64,000 nucleotides of DNA from an uncultured delta proteobacterium. GTDB lineage: Bacteria; Desulfobacterota; RBG-13-43-22. The stretch lies in NCBI GenBank assembly GCA_963843145.1, contig CAWJJC010000022.1, positions 320,001-384,000 on the forward strand, written 5' to 3'. Below the pieces are notes generated by a model. That model saw only the letters and a list, made by a program, of their open reading frames with translations, had not been told where the DNA came from and did not search any database. The position numbers and the translations under genes were made by a program. This document shows, in pieces, positions 18,159-28,508 of this stretch. The first letter of the stretch is position 1. Every line of letters starts with the position of its first letter.

Positions 18159-18974
18159 TTGTTCGAACATTCGGCCATTCTTCAAATAGCGGACCTCCTC
18201 CGAAAGTCGCATTTGACCGTGGCCTTGACCGGCGCCGGAATATCCGTGGAGAGCGGAATTCCCGCTTTCAGGGGAAGTCAGGGGTTATGGGATCGGTATG
18301 ATCCCTTAGAATATGCCCATATTGATGCCTTTCTAGCCGATCCCGGTAAGGTCTGGCGGATGCTGGCCGAATTGGGGGGTATGGTGGACCAGGCCCGGCC
18401 AAATCCGGCGCATTTAGCCCTGGCTCGGTTGGAAGATTGGGGCCTTTTAAAGGCCGTCATTACCCAGAATATTGACGCCCTGCATCAAAGGGCCGGGAAC
18501 CGGGAGGTCATCGAATTTCACGGCAATGGGCAGAGTCTGCGCTGCCTGCAATGCGGAAAGGTTTTCACCAAAGGCGCAATTTCCTTGTCCGTCCTGCCCC
18601 CGCGTTGTACCTGTGGGGGGATATTGAAACCGGAGGTGGTTTTTTTCGGCGAACCCATTCCGGGACAGGCCAACCAGCGGGCCTTTGAACTCGCCCGAAC
18701 CTGTGAGGTGATGCTGGTGATCGGAACCTCCGCACTGGTGGCCCCGGCCAGCTTTCTCCCGCAAACAGCCAAACAGAATGGAGCCGTGCTGATTGAGATT
18801 AACCTGGAACGAACCCACCTTTCGGATACCATTTCAGACCATGTCCTGGAGGCCCCGGCCAGCCAGGTCTTGTCGGCCGTGATCGAACAGCTTGCCCTTA
18901 GCCCGGGCGGACCAGGAGAGAACAAAAACTTTGGGGATGGGCTTGGAGGCGTTACTGATCGGCCGATCAGATAA
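18159..18974 (+). CDS. cobB: NAD-dependent protein deacylase (sirtuin)
   Basis: TGAGISVESGIPAFRG, TQNIDALH, HG, CxxC...CxC, GTS and EIN motifs. Confidence 0.92.
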   Translation: MFEHSAILQIADLLRKSHLTVALTGAGISVESGIPAFRGSQGLWDRYDPLEYAHIDAFLADPGKVWRMLAELGGMVDQARPNPAHLALARLEDWGLLKAVITQNIDALHQRAGNREVIEFHGNGQSLRCLQCGKVFTKGAISLSVLPPRCTCGGILKPEVVFFGEPIPGQANQRAFELARTCEVMLVIGTSALVAPASFLPQTAKQNGAVLIEINLERTHLSDTISDHVLEAPASQVLSAVIEQLALSPGGPGENKNFGDGLGGVTDRPIR

Positions 18975-19088
18975 TAAAATTTAACCAGAAGCTATGGGTC
19001 GGGGTCTTTATTTAATTAAGTAATGGTCTAGGCCCTTAACCCTAGCCAAAAAAATGTAAGAATCAAATAACCGAATCAGGATCCCTCA

Positions 19089-19823
19089 TTGAACTTTATT
19101 CAGCAAAATGAAATTTTATCCATGGTCGCCCATGCCGGAGCGATGGTCAAGTTCGTCTTGCTCCTGTTGTTGGCCTTTTCCGTGATTTCGTGGACCATTA
19201 TTTTTATGAAGTACCGAATCGTTCATCGGGCCCGCAAGGAAACCAACCTGTTTCAGGAGATCTTTTGGCAGAGCAAAAGCCTGGCTAAGGCTTATGCCGA
19301 ATCAAAGGAACTGCACTATAGTCCGGTGGCGGAGGTCTTTCGGGTAGGGTACTTGGAACTCGGCCGACTTCACAAAATGCAGCAGGAAAGCGATAACGCC
19401 GGAAAGGGGGAAGGGTCGGATATCCTGACGGCTAATTTGGTTCATTTTGAAAGCATTCCCCGGGCGTTAAGGGCGGCCATGAATTCTCAGGTGACCCGCC
19501 TCGGTTATGCCCTGACCTTTTTAGCCACCACCGGGAATACCGCCCCGTTTATCGGTCTGTTTGGAACGGTCTGGGGAATCATGAATTCCTTTCACAGCAT
19601 CGGTTTGCGGGGGGGGGCCAATTTGGCCGTGGTGGCCCCGGGGATCTCGGAGGCCCTGATCGCTACGGCCACTGGTTTAGCGGCGGCCATTCCCTCGGTA
19701 ATTTTCTACAATTATTTTTCCAATCAGGTTCGCCTGCTGGAGTCCGAAATGGCCAGTTTTTCATCGGATTTCTTAAACATGCTGGAAAGGGATATGTTGC
19801 GGCGAACGGGAGGCAAACGGTAA
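19089..19823 (+). CDS. tolQ: Tol-Pal protein TolQ
   Basis: TAPFIGLFGTVWGIMNSF and GISEALIATA motifs; first gene of the tol cluster. Confidence 0.95.
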   Translation: MNFIQQNEILSMVAHAGAMVKFVLLLLLAFSVISWTIIFMKYRIVHRARKETNLFQEIFWQSKSLAKAYAESKELHYSPVAEVFRVGYLELGRLHKMQQESDNAGKGEGSDILTANLVHFESIPRALRAAMNSQVTRLGYALTFLATTGNTAPFIGLFGTVWGIMNSFHSIGLRGGANLAVVAPGISEALIATATGLAAAIPSVIFYNYFSNQVRLLESEMASFSSDFLNMLERDMLRRTGGKR

Positions 19824-19828
19824 TCAGC

Positions 19829-20242
19829 ATGCAAGGCGGAGGCGGCGACCGCCGCTTGATGTCGGAAATCAATGTCACCCCTTTGGTGGACGTGATGCTG
19901 GTGCTGCTGATTATCTTTATGGTGGCCGCTCCGATGATGATGCAGGGATTGGATATCCAGTTGCCCCAAACCCAGGCCAAGCCTATCCCCTCCCGGGAGG
20001 AACGGTTGGTTATTACTTTAAGCAAAAAACAGGAGATTTTTATCAATCAATACCGGGTCAGCCGGGAAGAATTACAAGAGAGGTTGAAAGCCCTTTATCA
20101 GGCGAACAAGGAAAGCGAGGTCTTCCTGCGGGCCGATAAGTCCCTGTCTTACGGTCTGGTGGTTCAGGTCATGGCCGATATCAAAAATGCCGGAATTGAA
20201 CGCCTGGGAATGGTGACAGAAAGTCCTCCGGAAAAGAAATGA
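19829..20242 (+). CDS. tolR: Tol-Pal protein TolR
   Basis: SEINVTPLVDVMLVLLIIFMV and LRAD motifs. Confidence 0.95.
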   Translation: MQGGGGDRRLMSEINVTPLVDVMLVLLIIFMVAAPMMMQGLDIQLPQTQAKPIPSREERLVITLSKKQEIFINQYRVSREELQERLKALYQANKESEVFLRADKSLSYGLVVQVMADIKNAGIERLGMVTESPPEKK

Positions 20243-21183
20243 TCCTTCAGGCGGTTCCTGATTGGAAAAAACCGGACATGGAGAAGAACTGGGGCTGGAT
20301 GCTGGTTTTTTCTCTGGGGTTGCACCTGTTATTAGTGGTTTTCTTTTTTCAATGGATCCCGCGGGGCCAGATAGTCGACCCGCTGGAGGCGGCATATACG
20401 GTCAACTTGATCTCCCCGGGTGAAGGACCCGGTGGCGGACCGGAAGCCCCCCGGGCTGCGGATCCGGCACCGCTCCCCGCCCCGGCCAAACCCGTATCCC
20501 CTAAACCTAAGGAAATCCCCTCACCCCGGGCCGCTGATCCGGTACCGCTCCCCGCCCCGGCCAAACCCGTTTCCCTTAAACCTAAGGAAATTCCCCTACC
20601 CAAAGCGGTGGAGAAGCCCCCGCCCCCCCGAGTCGATGACTCCCAGTCTCTGGATAAGGCCCTGGAAAAGATCAAGAAAAAACTTGACCAGGAAAAAAGT
20701 TTAGAAAGGTCTTTCCATCAACTGGAAAATAAGGTAAAAAATCAAGAGGCCTTGGGGCAGGCCTTGGCCCGTCTGGAGCGAAAACAGGCTAAGGCCGAAA
20801 AAACCGGGGGGAGTCCTGCGGTTCGAGGGGGGGGTGGAAATGGAATCATTGCCTCCACCGGTCAGCCGGGTTCGGGTGGGGTAGGGATGCAATTCCAGAT
20901 TTATCATGCCGCCCTGCGCAGCCGGATCAAAAAAAACTGGTTTCTTCCGGAAGGTTTGCTGAAAAAAACGGACATTTCTGCTGACATCCTGGTGCGCATA
21001 GCCCAGAATGGGAGGATCGAAGAAACCCGATTTGAGCGCAAATCGGGCAACGAAACCTTTGATCAGGAGGTCGTCCGGACCCTGAAGAAAAGTGAACCCT
21101 TGCCTCCTCTCCCGGAAGGGTATCCCCGAAGCAGTTATGAAGTGGTTTTGACTTTTCATTCCTTGGATTTAAGCAGTCACTAG
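20239..21183 (+). CDS. tolA: TolA/TonB-like protein
   Basis: N-terminal TM with SLGLH, Pro-rich and helical linker, and a TonB_2-like C-terminal domain. Located between tolR and tolB. Confidence 0.85.
   Translation: MILQAVPDWKKPDMEKNWGWMLVFSLGLHLLLVVFFFQWIPRGQIVDPLEAAYTVNLISPGEGPGGGPEAPRAADPAPLPAPAKPVSPKPKEIPSPRAADPVPLPAPAKPVSLKPKEIPLPKAVEKPPPPRVDDSQSLDKALEKIKKKLDQEKSLERSFHQLENKVKNQEALGQALARLERKQAKAEKTGGSPAVRGGGGNGIIASTGQPGSGGVGMQFQIYHAALRSRIKKNWFLPEGLLKKTDISADILVRIAQNGRIEETRFERKSGNETFDQEVVRTLKKSEPLPPLPEGYPRSSYEVVLTFHSLDLSSH
20449..20598 (+). repeat. 75-bp (25-aa) tandem duplication in the TolA linker
   Basis: PRAADPAPLPAPAKPVSPKPKEIPS followed by PRAADPVPLPAPAKPVSLKPKEIPL. Confidence 0.9.
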
Positions 21184-21199
21184 AAATCGACCACCGAGA

Positions 21200-22531
21200 T
21201 TGCCGATGAAGAAGAAATTTACCAATAAAAACAGATTGCTGGTCCTGTTGATTTTTTTCTGGGCCGGAATCCTGATCGTGGGGAGTCCCTCTTCCCTTTT
21301 CAGTCGGGCTACGATCGATATCGATTCTCCGACGGCGAAAAGAATCGCCATTGTTGTTCCCGATCTAGTTAACCTGGGAACGGGGGAACCCGCCTTAGGC
21401 GGAATTCTACCTCAGTTATTGGTCAGGGACTTGGAATATACCGGCTTTTTCCGAGGGGTGGACCCCAAGGCCTTTCTGGGAAAAGAGGACGGAAAAAATC
21501 CGGATTTCCAGGCCTGGGGTCTAACCGGGGCCGACCTATTGGTCAAAGGGAATTATCAGGCGACCGGTTCCGGGTTCCAGGCGGATTTTCGCCTTTATGA
21601 TGTTCAACAGGGGCGACAGCTCCTGGGGAAACAGTATTCGGGTGGGGCCAAGGATTATAAAAAGATGGTCCACCGTTTTGCCGATGAGATCCTTTACCTC
21701 CTGACCGGTGAATACGGGTTTTTTCAGACCCAGATCGCCTTTGTCTCCACCACTTCGGGAAAAAAAGAGATCTATCTGGCCGACTTTGACGGCTCCAACT
21801 TCAATCGACTGACACATCACAATTCCATTTCCCTGTCTCCCCGCTGGTCCCCCACGGGCCGGGAGATCGCTTACACCTCCTACAAAGACGGCAACCCTTC
21901 CCTGTATCTGCTGCAACTGCCCGGTGGACAGTCCCTGCGGATTTCCAATCGCCCGGGATTGAATATCTCCCCGGCCTGGTTTCCCGGGGGTGATTCGTTA
22001 GCCGTGGCCCTCAGCCAATCGGGAGGGAATTCGGAAATATATCAGATCAGTCGGACCGGGAACATCCTGCAGCGTCTGACCTACGGAGCGGCCATCGACG
22101 TTTCCCCGGCCTGGTCTCCTGACGGCAAACAAATGGCCTTCGTCTCCAACCGATCCGGCAACCCGCAGATTTATGTCATGCAGGTAGCCACCAAGGAAAC
22201 CCGTCGGGTAACCTTTCAGGGAAATTACAACGTCAATCCGGTCTGGTCACCGAAAGGGGATCGGATTGCTTACGCCTCTATGGCCGGGAATCATTTTGAT
22301 ATCTATACTCTGGTCCTGAGAAATGGGGAAACCCAGCGCCTGACCTATGGGGGGAACAACGAGTCTCCGGATTTCTCCCCGGACGGTCGGATGATCATCT
22401 TCAGTTCATCCCGTCAGGGCAAATCGGCTCTTTATGTCATGAACCTTAACGGGGCCAACCAAAGAAGAATTACCTTTTTAAACGGAGAACAATTCAGCCC
22501 CTCTTGGGGACCCAGAAAATCTGAAAATTAA
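21200..22531 (+). CDS. tolB: Tol-Pal beta-propeller protein TolB
   Basis: TolB N-domain (VHRFADEI) and PD40 repeats (SPRWSP, SPAWSPDG). Confidence 0.95.
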   Translation: MPMKKKFTNKNRLLVLLIFFWAGILIVGSPSSLFSRATIDIDSPTAKRIAIVVPDLVNLGTGEPALGGILPQLLVRDLEYTGFFRGVDPKAFLGKEDGKNPDFQAWGLTGADLLVKGNYQATGSGFQADFRLYDVQQGRQLLGKQYSGGAKDYKKMVHRFADEILYLLTGEYGFFQTQIAFVSTTSGKKEIYLADFDGSNFNRLTHHNSISLSPRWSPTGREIAYTSYKDGNPSLYLLQLPGGQSLRISNRPGLNISPAWFPGGDSLAVALSQSGGNSEIYQISRTGNILQRLTYGAAIDVSPAWSPDGKQMAFVSNRSGNPQIYVMQVATKETRRVTFQGNYNVNPVWSPKGDRIAYASMAGNHFDIYTLVLRNGETQRLTYGGNNESPDFSPDGRMIIFSSSRQGKSALYVMNLNGANQRRITFLNGEQFSPSWGPRKSEN

Positions 22532-22550
22532 AATAGGAAAAGGAGGAAGC

Positions 22551-23141
22551 GTGGTGAAAACAAAACATACGGGGTTAGGATGGTTGCTGGTGCTTTTGAT
22601 CCTCTCCAGTTTTTTCCTGCTGGCCTGCAGCAAAAAGGCGATCAAGTCCGAGGGGCTGACGGCTACCCCGGGGAGCGAACAGGTGAAAGAGGATGATGCC
22701 GAGAAGGCCAAGAAACATGCTCGGATCCGGGAACAGGAATTGACCGAGCAGCAGCTTCGGGAAAAGGCGTTGGCAGAAGAAGAGGCCCGCCGCCGGGCCA
22801 TGGCCGGCGAATTCGAAAATGAGGATGTATACTTCGAGTTTGATCAATTCGTCCTCTCTGATTCCGCCAAGGCGGTTTTAAACAAAAAGGCCAAGTGGCT
22901 GAAAGACCACCCGAATGGCAAGGCCCTGATCGAAGGCCACTGCGACGAAAGAGGGAGCACGGAGTATAACCTGGCCCTGGGGCAAAAACGGGCCGAGGCT
23001 GCCATGCAATTTATTCTGGCCCTGGGCATCAACCCCAGTCGCGTCTCGACCATCAGTTATGGAAAAGAAAAGCCGGCGGATCCGGGGCATGATGATGCCG
23101 CCTGGGCCAAGAACCGCCGGGCCCATTTTGTCTTAAAATAA
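22551..23141 (+). CDS. pal: Peptidoglycan-associated lipoprotein
   Basis: Lipobox LLAC, IEGHCDERGSTEYNLALG, SYGKEKP and KNRR motifs. Confidence 0.97.
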   Translation: MVKTKHTGLGWLLVLLILSSFFLLACSKKAIKSEGLTATPGSEQVKEDDAEKAKKHARIREQELTEQQLREKALAEEEARRRAMAGEFENEDVYFEFDQFVLSDSAKAVLNKKAKWLKDHPNGKALIEGHCDERGSTEYNLALGQKRAEAAMQFILALGINPSRVSTISYGKEKPADPGHDDAAWAKNRRAHFVLK

Positions 23142-23177
23142 GCACTGAATTCCAGTATCCAAATCAGGAGTTTTACT

Positions 23178-24050
23178 ATGAGAACCGCTTGGTATGCCTT
23201 AGCTGGCCTCTGGGTGCTTACTTTTATGGGAGGGTGTGCGGCCCGGGATGATATGGTAGTTTTGGAAAACCGACTGTATAACCAGCAGCGGCAGATTGAA
23301 CAGTTCAAAGAGGAAATCGGACTGTATAAAAATCAATTGAACGCCCGGGCCGAGCAGATCCAAAAAAAGATGGAAAACGTCCAACAGCCGCTGTTGGAAA
23401 ACCAGGCCAATTCCTTGAGTGAGATCGAGAAAGTCAAAAGTCGCCTGCAGGCCTTCCAGGGCCGTCTGGAGGCGCTGGAGTATGTACAGAAGAAAGAGCC
23501 CAATGCCCGGGAGGCCCTGGACTCCCTGACCAAGGACCTGAAGGACGTCCAGTTACGTCTCCAGCGGCTGGAACAATCGGCCGCTTCGACCGCCGCGGCG
23601 GCCTCCGAAGCGGCTAAAACGGAAAAGAGTAAAGAGAGCCCCAAGGAACCGCAGGAGGAGAAGGCCAAGGTCAAGCCTGATTCCCCGGAGGATCTGCTCG
23701 GAGACGCCCGGGAGGCTTATAAAGAGAAAAATTTTGAAGAGGCCAAGAAAAAATTCGATGAATACCTGAAACAGTCCCCCAAAGGGAAAAACCGGGAAGA
23801 AGCCTTTTTCAAAATAGCTGAAAGTCTTTATGAGTTAAAGGCCTATGAGGAATCGATCCTGGCTTATCAAAAGCTAATTAAGACCAATTCCAAAGGCCAT
23901 CTGATTCCGGCCGCCTTATTCAAGCAGGCCCTGGCCTTTATTCAGCTCAAGGATCACGGCAGCGCCAAATTACTTCTTGAAAAAATTGTAAAGGAATACC
24001 CTAAATCCGAGCAGGCGCCCCTGGCCAAGAAAAAGCTCAAAACATTATAA
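23178..24050 (+). CDS. cpoB: Tol-Pal associated coiled-coil/TPR protein CpoB (YbgF)
   Basis: Lipoprotein-like signal, coiled coil and C-terminal TPRs; follows pal. Confidence 0.85.
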   Translation: MRTAWYALAGLWVLTFMGGCAARDDMVVLENRLYNQQRQIEQFKEEIGLYKNQLNARAEQIQKKMENVQQPLLENQANSLSEIEKVKSRLQAFQGRLEALEYVQKKEPNAREALDSLTKDLKDVQLRLQRLEQSAASTAAAASEAAKTEKSKESPKEPQEEKAKVKPDSPEDLLGDAREAYKEKNFEEAKKKFDEYLKQSPKGKNREEAFFKIAESLYELKAYEESILAYQKLIKTNSKGHLIPAALFKQALAFIQLKDHGSAKLLLEKIVKEYPKSEQAPLAKKKLKTL

Positions 24051-24075
24051 CCTTAGAGCGTCGGAGTCTTCGGCT

Positions 24076-25407
24076 TCAGCGGCCAAAGGTCAGGATAAAG
24101 TCTTCCAGTAAAAAACGATCGGTGCCCCCGCTGGTCTTAAGCTGGCGGTCTATGTGCTGGAGGGATTCCAGGGAACGGATCAGTTCGGGTAAAGTGAAAT
24201 TTTGGGCGCCCTTGAAGGTATTGAAGAGGGCAAAAGGATGGAGCCTGGAAAGGGCCTCAGGGAGGCCCTCTTTCTGCATGCGGGGCAGGATGTTCTGACT
24301 GAAGGGCCGATAATCTTCCAGACGATGAGCCTCCTGAGGTCCTGAAAGGGCCAGCCTTTCGAGGGCCAGGAGAAAGCGACGAAAGGCATTGATCAGGCCG
24401 CCCAAGATCGGCAGGGGATGGTAGCCTTGTTCCCAGAGCCTTCTCAAAATGCGCATTCCCTCAGGGGCGTTTTTTCGGCCCAGCGCGGCGGTCAACTCAT
24501 AAATCGGTTCCTCTCGGTTGGCGGCTACCAGGGCCTCGACGGCCTCCAGGGCAATCCGTTTTTCCTCCGAATAAGTCACCAATTTCTGGATTTCCATTTC
24601 CAGTAGTCCCAGATCAGGACCGACCCTTTCCAAAAGCAGGGCTTCAGCCGCCTTTTCAATCTGTTTTCCTTCCCGGCCCAAACGATCCTGCAGATAGCGC
24701 CGGGAAGCAGCCGTTTGTTCGTTTTTTCTGGCTTTTTTTACTGTCAGATCAATCACCAGACCCCGCTGCGCGATGGTCTTAACCAGAGTTTTGGTGGAGG
24801 CTAGTTCCTCCGAGAGGATAATCAGAACGTGACTTTCCGGGAAGCCGACCTGCAGGGCCTGCTCCAAAAGCATTTCAGGGTTGACCCAATCCCCCGGGTG
24901 ATGGACCCAATAGGCCAGGGCTTGTTCCAGCCATCCGGGAAGGGCTTCTCCTGGCGGGGCGGGAATGACTTTCCTAAACAAAGAGATCAGTCCCGGGAGA
25001 TCACCCGCCGAGGCCGGCTGTCGGGATTTCGGTTGAAGCCGCGATAGGTTTTGGATGCAACGTTCAGGCCGTTTCTTCTCCCAAGCTTCTTCGGCCTTTG
25101 ACCAGAGGAGGGCTTCCGGTTCGGCGGGCTTGAGGACCGCCGGATTCTTGAGCGATACGACCTTTCGTCCTGGGAAAAAAGGATAAGTGCGCAGGCGTTC
25201 AATCAGGGTGGTGATTTCCTCTTTCTCCCCGTCGACCAGTTCCCAATTCAAGGCCCGCATCGCCTCTGGGAGCAAGGCTTCCAGAAGTTGCTCATGGACC
25301 TGTCGGGCTAAAAAAGGTTCCCCGGCGATCAGATAAACCGGGGCAGCCTTTCCAGCCTGAAGCTGCTCGATAATACCGGCTAAATCACTATAGAACCTGG
25401 TGGGCAT
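24076..25407 (-). CDS. holA: DNA polymerase III delta subunit
   Basis: PVYLIAGEPFL, TYPFFPGRKVV, EIQKLVTY, IYELTAAL and IDRQLKTS motifs. Confidence 0.85.
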   Translation of the reverse strand: MPTRFYSDLAGIIEQLQAGKAAPVYLIAGEPFLARQVHEQLLEALLPEAMRALNWELVDGEKEEITTLIERLRTYPFFPGRKVVSLKNPAVLKPAEPEALLWSKAEEAWEKKRPERCIQNLSRLQPKSRQPASAGDLPGLISLFRKVIPAPPGEALPGWLEQALAYWVHHPGDWVNPEMLLEQALQVGFPESHVLIILSEELASTKTLVKTIAQRGLVIDLTVKKARKNEQTAASRRYLQDRLGREGKQIEKAAEALLLERVGPDLGLLEMEIQKLVTYSEEKRIALEAVEALVAANREEPIYELTAALGRKNAPEGMRILRRLWEQGYHPLPILGGLINAFRRFLLALERLALSGPQEAHRLEDYRPFSQNILPRMQKEGLPEALSRLHPFALFNTFKGAQNFTLPELIRSLESLQHIDRQLKTSGGTDRFLLEDFILTFGR

Positions 25408-25457
25408 GGTTCCTCCTCCGAGTAAAAAGAGGGAGGGAAATGGCGATTTCTAAAATT

Positions 25458-25482
25458 AAAACCCCCGATGAACGGGGGTTTT
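25458..25482 (-). terminator. Intrinsic terminator after dodecin
   Basis: AAAACCCCCG-atgaa-CGGGGGTTTT inverted repeat. Confidence 0.65.
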
Positions 25483-25506
25483 GGTGAAAACGAGTCCATT
25501 TAGGGG

Positions 25507-25716
25507 TTAGGACTCTAATACAAAGATAACTTCCATACGGATGCGATATTCGACCAGCTTGTTGTTTTCAACCGCCACCCGCTGTTCCAAGATCCTTATT
25601 CCCGTGACACCCCGTAAGGTCTTGGTCGCTCGTTTGAACCCCGTCTGCAGGGCATCATCAAAACTCTTGGGAGAGGCTGAAATAATTTCGGTAACTCTGG
25701 CTATTCGATTGGTCAT
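25507..25716 (-). CDS. Dodecin family protein
   Basis: VTEIISASPKSFDDA...RATKTLRGVTG...EYRIRMEVIFVLE, with SD AGGAGG. Confidence 0.9.
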   Translation of the reverse strand: MTNRIARVTEIISASPKSFDDALQTGFKRATKTLRGVTGIRILEQRVAVENNKLVEYRIRMEVIFVLES

Positions 25717-26092
25717 GGTATCACCTCCTTTCAGTTTTCAGGTTTTGGCGCCGACCTACTCGGGCCGACGGGTCAATCCCTTTCCTGGAAGTGCTTTCAG
25801 GATAATAATCGCCTAGCTCAAAGAGCAGCTTCTGGTAAAGATCGATTACTTTTCTTGTATTCCAGTTTAACATAGGAAAGTTTTTATTAGCAAGGGAAAG
25901 ATGATGGGATCGCAAAAAGTTAAAAGATCATTTTCCCAAGCTTTTATCAAAAAAGGGCAATCGTCGCGGGGCGCCAGGGAAAAATTTTTCAAGCCTGGAA
26001 GATGGTCAACTATTTTAGGTCCTTGACTTTTACCTCCGGCCCAATATATATTCTATATTTAAATCATTCTCCCTGGGGACATTGTAAGACTT

Positions 26093-26317
26093 ATGGAATG
26101 GAAATTATTTGAATTGCTTGAAGAAAAAATTGATCGACTGATAGCCCAAGTTAATAAATTTTCAAATGAAAACAATGAGTTAAAGAAGAAAATTGCGGAA
26201 CAAGCAGAGCAGGTGCAACAAGCCCGCGAACAGATGGATGCCCTGGAAGAAGAAAAAACGCTCTTGCGGGAGAAGGTGGACAACATTCTGCAAAAAATTG
26301 CTAAACTTGTGGACTGA
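26093..26317 (+). CDS. zapB: ZapB-like coiled-coil cell division protein
   Basis: 74-aa coiled coil (LEEKIDRLI...REKVDNILQKI) directly before zapA. Confidence 0.75.
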   Translation: MEWKLFELLEEKIDRLIAQVNKFSNENNELKKKIAEQAEQVQQAREQMDALEEEKTLLREKVDNILQKIAKLVD

Positions 26318-26326
26318 TGAAGCCCC

Positions 26327-26629
26327 GTGGCCAATCTGCTTAAAGCTGAAATTTTAGGTCAGGAATTTACCTTAAAGGGGGATTTGGAAGAACAGGCCCT
26401 GGAAAAGGTGGCCGCCCACTTGAAGGAAAAGATAAGGGAGATTCAAGTCAATCTGCCGGGAGCCAATAAGGTTCAACTCTCGGTTTTGGCGGCCCTGAAT
26501 ATTACCTATGATTATTTTTTATTGAAAGAAGAATTCGATCGGACCATGAATACCCTGGAAACCAAAAGCCGGCAATGGTTACGCAAGCTGGAGACCGGGG
26601 TGCCGCTGTCACCCTCTTCGGAGGTTTAA
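26327..26629 (+). CDS. zapA: Cell division protein ZapA
   Basis: EILGQEFTLKG...VAAHL...LAALNI motifs. Confidence 0.88.
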   Translation: MANLLKAEILGQEFTLKGDLEEQALEKVAAHLKEKIREIQVNLPGANKVQLSVLAALNITYDYFLLKEEFDRTMNTLETKSRQWLRKLETGVPLSPSSEV

Positions 26630-26861
26630 TATATACCGAATATGCGGAAGGAATCGATGAGCCTGTTACGCCTCGGACGATAGGGCCTGAATATATAATG
26701 AATAAGAATCCCTTGGACGCGTTGCAGCTTTGAACCGCCGGGCAGTCCTTTAGTTAGTCTTTTCCGACTGAACATCCCTGCTTTTCCTTCCCCAAAGACC
26801 AAATGACAATCTTGTCCTGATCGCACCAAGGTGTGGTCATCAAGGAACGGGTGTATAAAAT

Positions 26862-28436
26862 ATGAACGCTTCATCTCCTTTAATTCTGTTGTTCAGTGGA
26901 CTGATTTTAGCCCTTTTCTTTGGGATCCTGGTCGGATTTTTTATTCGGAAAAAGTTTACTGAAAGCAAAGTGGAATCGATTGAAACGCTTTCCCGAAAGA
27001 TAGTTGAAGAAGCCAAAAAAGAGGCGGAGACGGTCAAGAAAGAGGCCATGCTGCAGGCCAAGGACAGCCTCTATCAAATGAAAATGGAGTTTGAAAAAGA
27101 GACCAAAGATCGGAAGCAGGAAATTCAAGATCAGGAGAAAAGACTGCTCTCCAAGGAGCAGAACCTGGATCGAAAAATAGAAGTCCTGGAAAAACGCGAA
27201 AACGAAATTGAAAAAAAAGAAAGGCATACCCAGCATAAAGAAAAAGAAGCCGTCGAGCTAAAGGAAAACCTTGAACGCCTGATGGAGGAACACCATCAAA
27301 AACTGGAACAACTAGCCGGCATTTCCTCTCAAGAGGCCAAGAACCTGCTGATCCAATCCATGGAAAACGAGGCCAAGCATGAAGCGGCCAAGACCATGCG
27401 TCGTATTGAACAGGAGGCCAGGGAGGGGTCGGACAAGAAGGCCAAGGAGATCCTGGGCCTGGCGATTAAACGATACGCCGGGGATTATGTGGCCGAAAAA
27501 ACCGTATCCTACGTCAACCTTCCGAATGAAGAGATGAAAGGGCGGATTATTGGCCGGGAAGGTCGAAATATCCGGGCTATTGAGGCTGCTACCGGGATTG
27601 ATTTAATTATTGACGATACTCCGGAGGCGGTAATCCTTTCGGGATTCAATCCGGTCCGTCGGGAGGTGGCCCGGCTGTCTCTGGAACGGCTGATTAGTGA
27701 CGGACGTATCCACCCGGCTCGGATCGAAGAGGTGGTCAAGAAAGTGTCCCAGGAAATGGAAGTTTCCATCCGAGAGGCCGGGGAGGCCGCAACCTTTGAT
27801 GTCGGGGTTCACGGGATTCACCAGGAACTCGTTAAGCTGATCGGCAAGTTGAAATATCGGTCAAGTTACGGCCAAAACGTCCTTCAGCACTCTCTAGAAG
27901 TCGCCTTCCTCTGCGGGACCATGGCCTCCGAGTTGGGTCTGAATGTCAAGCAGGCCAAGCGGGCCGGGTTGTTGCATGACATTGGGAAGGCAGTGGACCA
28001 CGAGGTTGAAGGGCCTCATGCCGCCATCGGCGCCGATTTGGTCAAGCGGTATGGGGAATCGAACCGGGTGATCCATGCCATTGCCGCCCATCATGAAGAG
28101 GTCCAGCCCGAGTCGATTTTAGACGTCCTGATTCAAGCCGCAGACACCCTCTCGGGCGCCCGTCCCGGGGCTCGGAAGGAGATGCTCGAGACTTATGTCA
28201 AACGACTGGAAGATTTGGAAAAAATCGCCCAATCTTTTGACGGAATAGGGAAATCCTATGCCATCCAAGCCGGGCGGGAGATCCGCATTATTGTGGAGAG
28301 TGAAAAGGTTTCCGACAACGAACTCTTTATCCTTTCCCAGGGGATTGCCCGGAAAATTGAAGAGACGTTAACCTATCCCGGGCAGATCAAGGTCACGGTA
28401 ATCCGGGAAATGCGGGCCGTGGAATATGCCAAGTAA
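26862..28436 (+). CDS. rny: Ribonuclease Y
   Basis: N-terminal TM, coiled coil, KH domain ([13 protein letters not shown]) and HD domain (LLHDIGK). Confidence 0.97.
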   Translation: MNASSPLILLFSGLILALFFGILVGFFIRKKFTESKVESIETLSRKIVEEAKKEAETVKKEAMLQAKDSLYQMKMEFEKETKDRKQEIQDQEKRLLSKEQNLDRKIEVLEKRENEIEKKERHTQHKEKEAVELKENLERLMEEHHQKLEQLAGISSQEAKNLLIQSMENEAKHEAAKTMRRIEQEAREGSDKKAKEILGLAIKRYAGDYVAEKTVSYVNLPNEEMKGRIIGREGRNIRAIEAATGIDLIIDDTPEAVILSGFNPVRREVARLSLERLISDGRIHPARIEEVVKKVSQEMEVSIREAGEAATFDVGVHGIHQELVKLIGKLKYRSSYGQNVLQHSLEVAFLCGTMASELGLNVKQAKRAGLLHDIGKAVDHEVEGPHAAIGADLVKRYGESNRVIHAIAAHHEEVQPESILDVLIQAADTLSGARPGARKEMLETYVKRLEDLEKIAQSFDGIGKSYAIQAGREIRIIVESEKVSDNELFILSQGIARKIEETLTYPGQIKVTVIREMRAVEYAK

Positions 28437-28508
28437 CCGACGCCAGGAGCTGCCCTCCCAAGCGATTGACGTACATTCCATTATTCCCCTGCGGTCGGTG
28501 GTGGCTTC

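Noticed and set aside
26315-26320. TGATGA as selenocysteine read-through
   Set aside because: It is an ordinary tandem stop at the end of a complete coiled-coil protein, and no SECIS is evident.
26630-26861. 6S RNA expected between zapA and rny by synteny
   Set aside because: A TTGAACC is present, but I could not form the long rod-like duplex by eye. A cmsearch with RF00013 would decide it.
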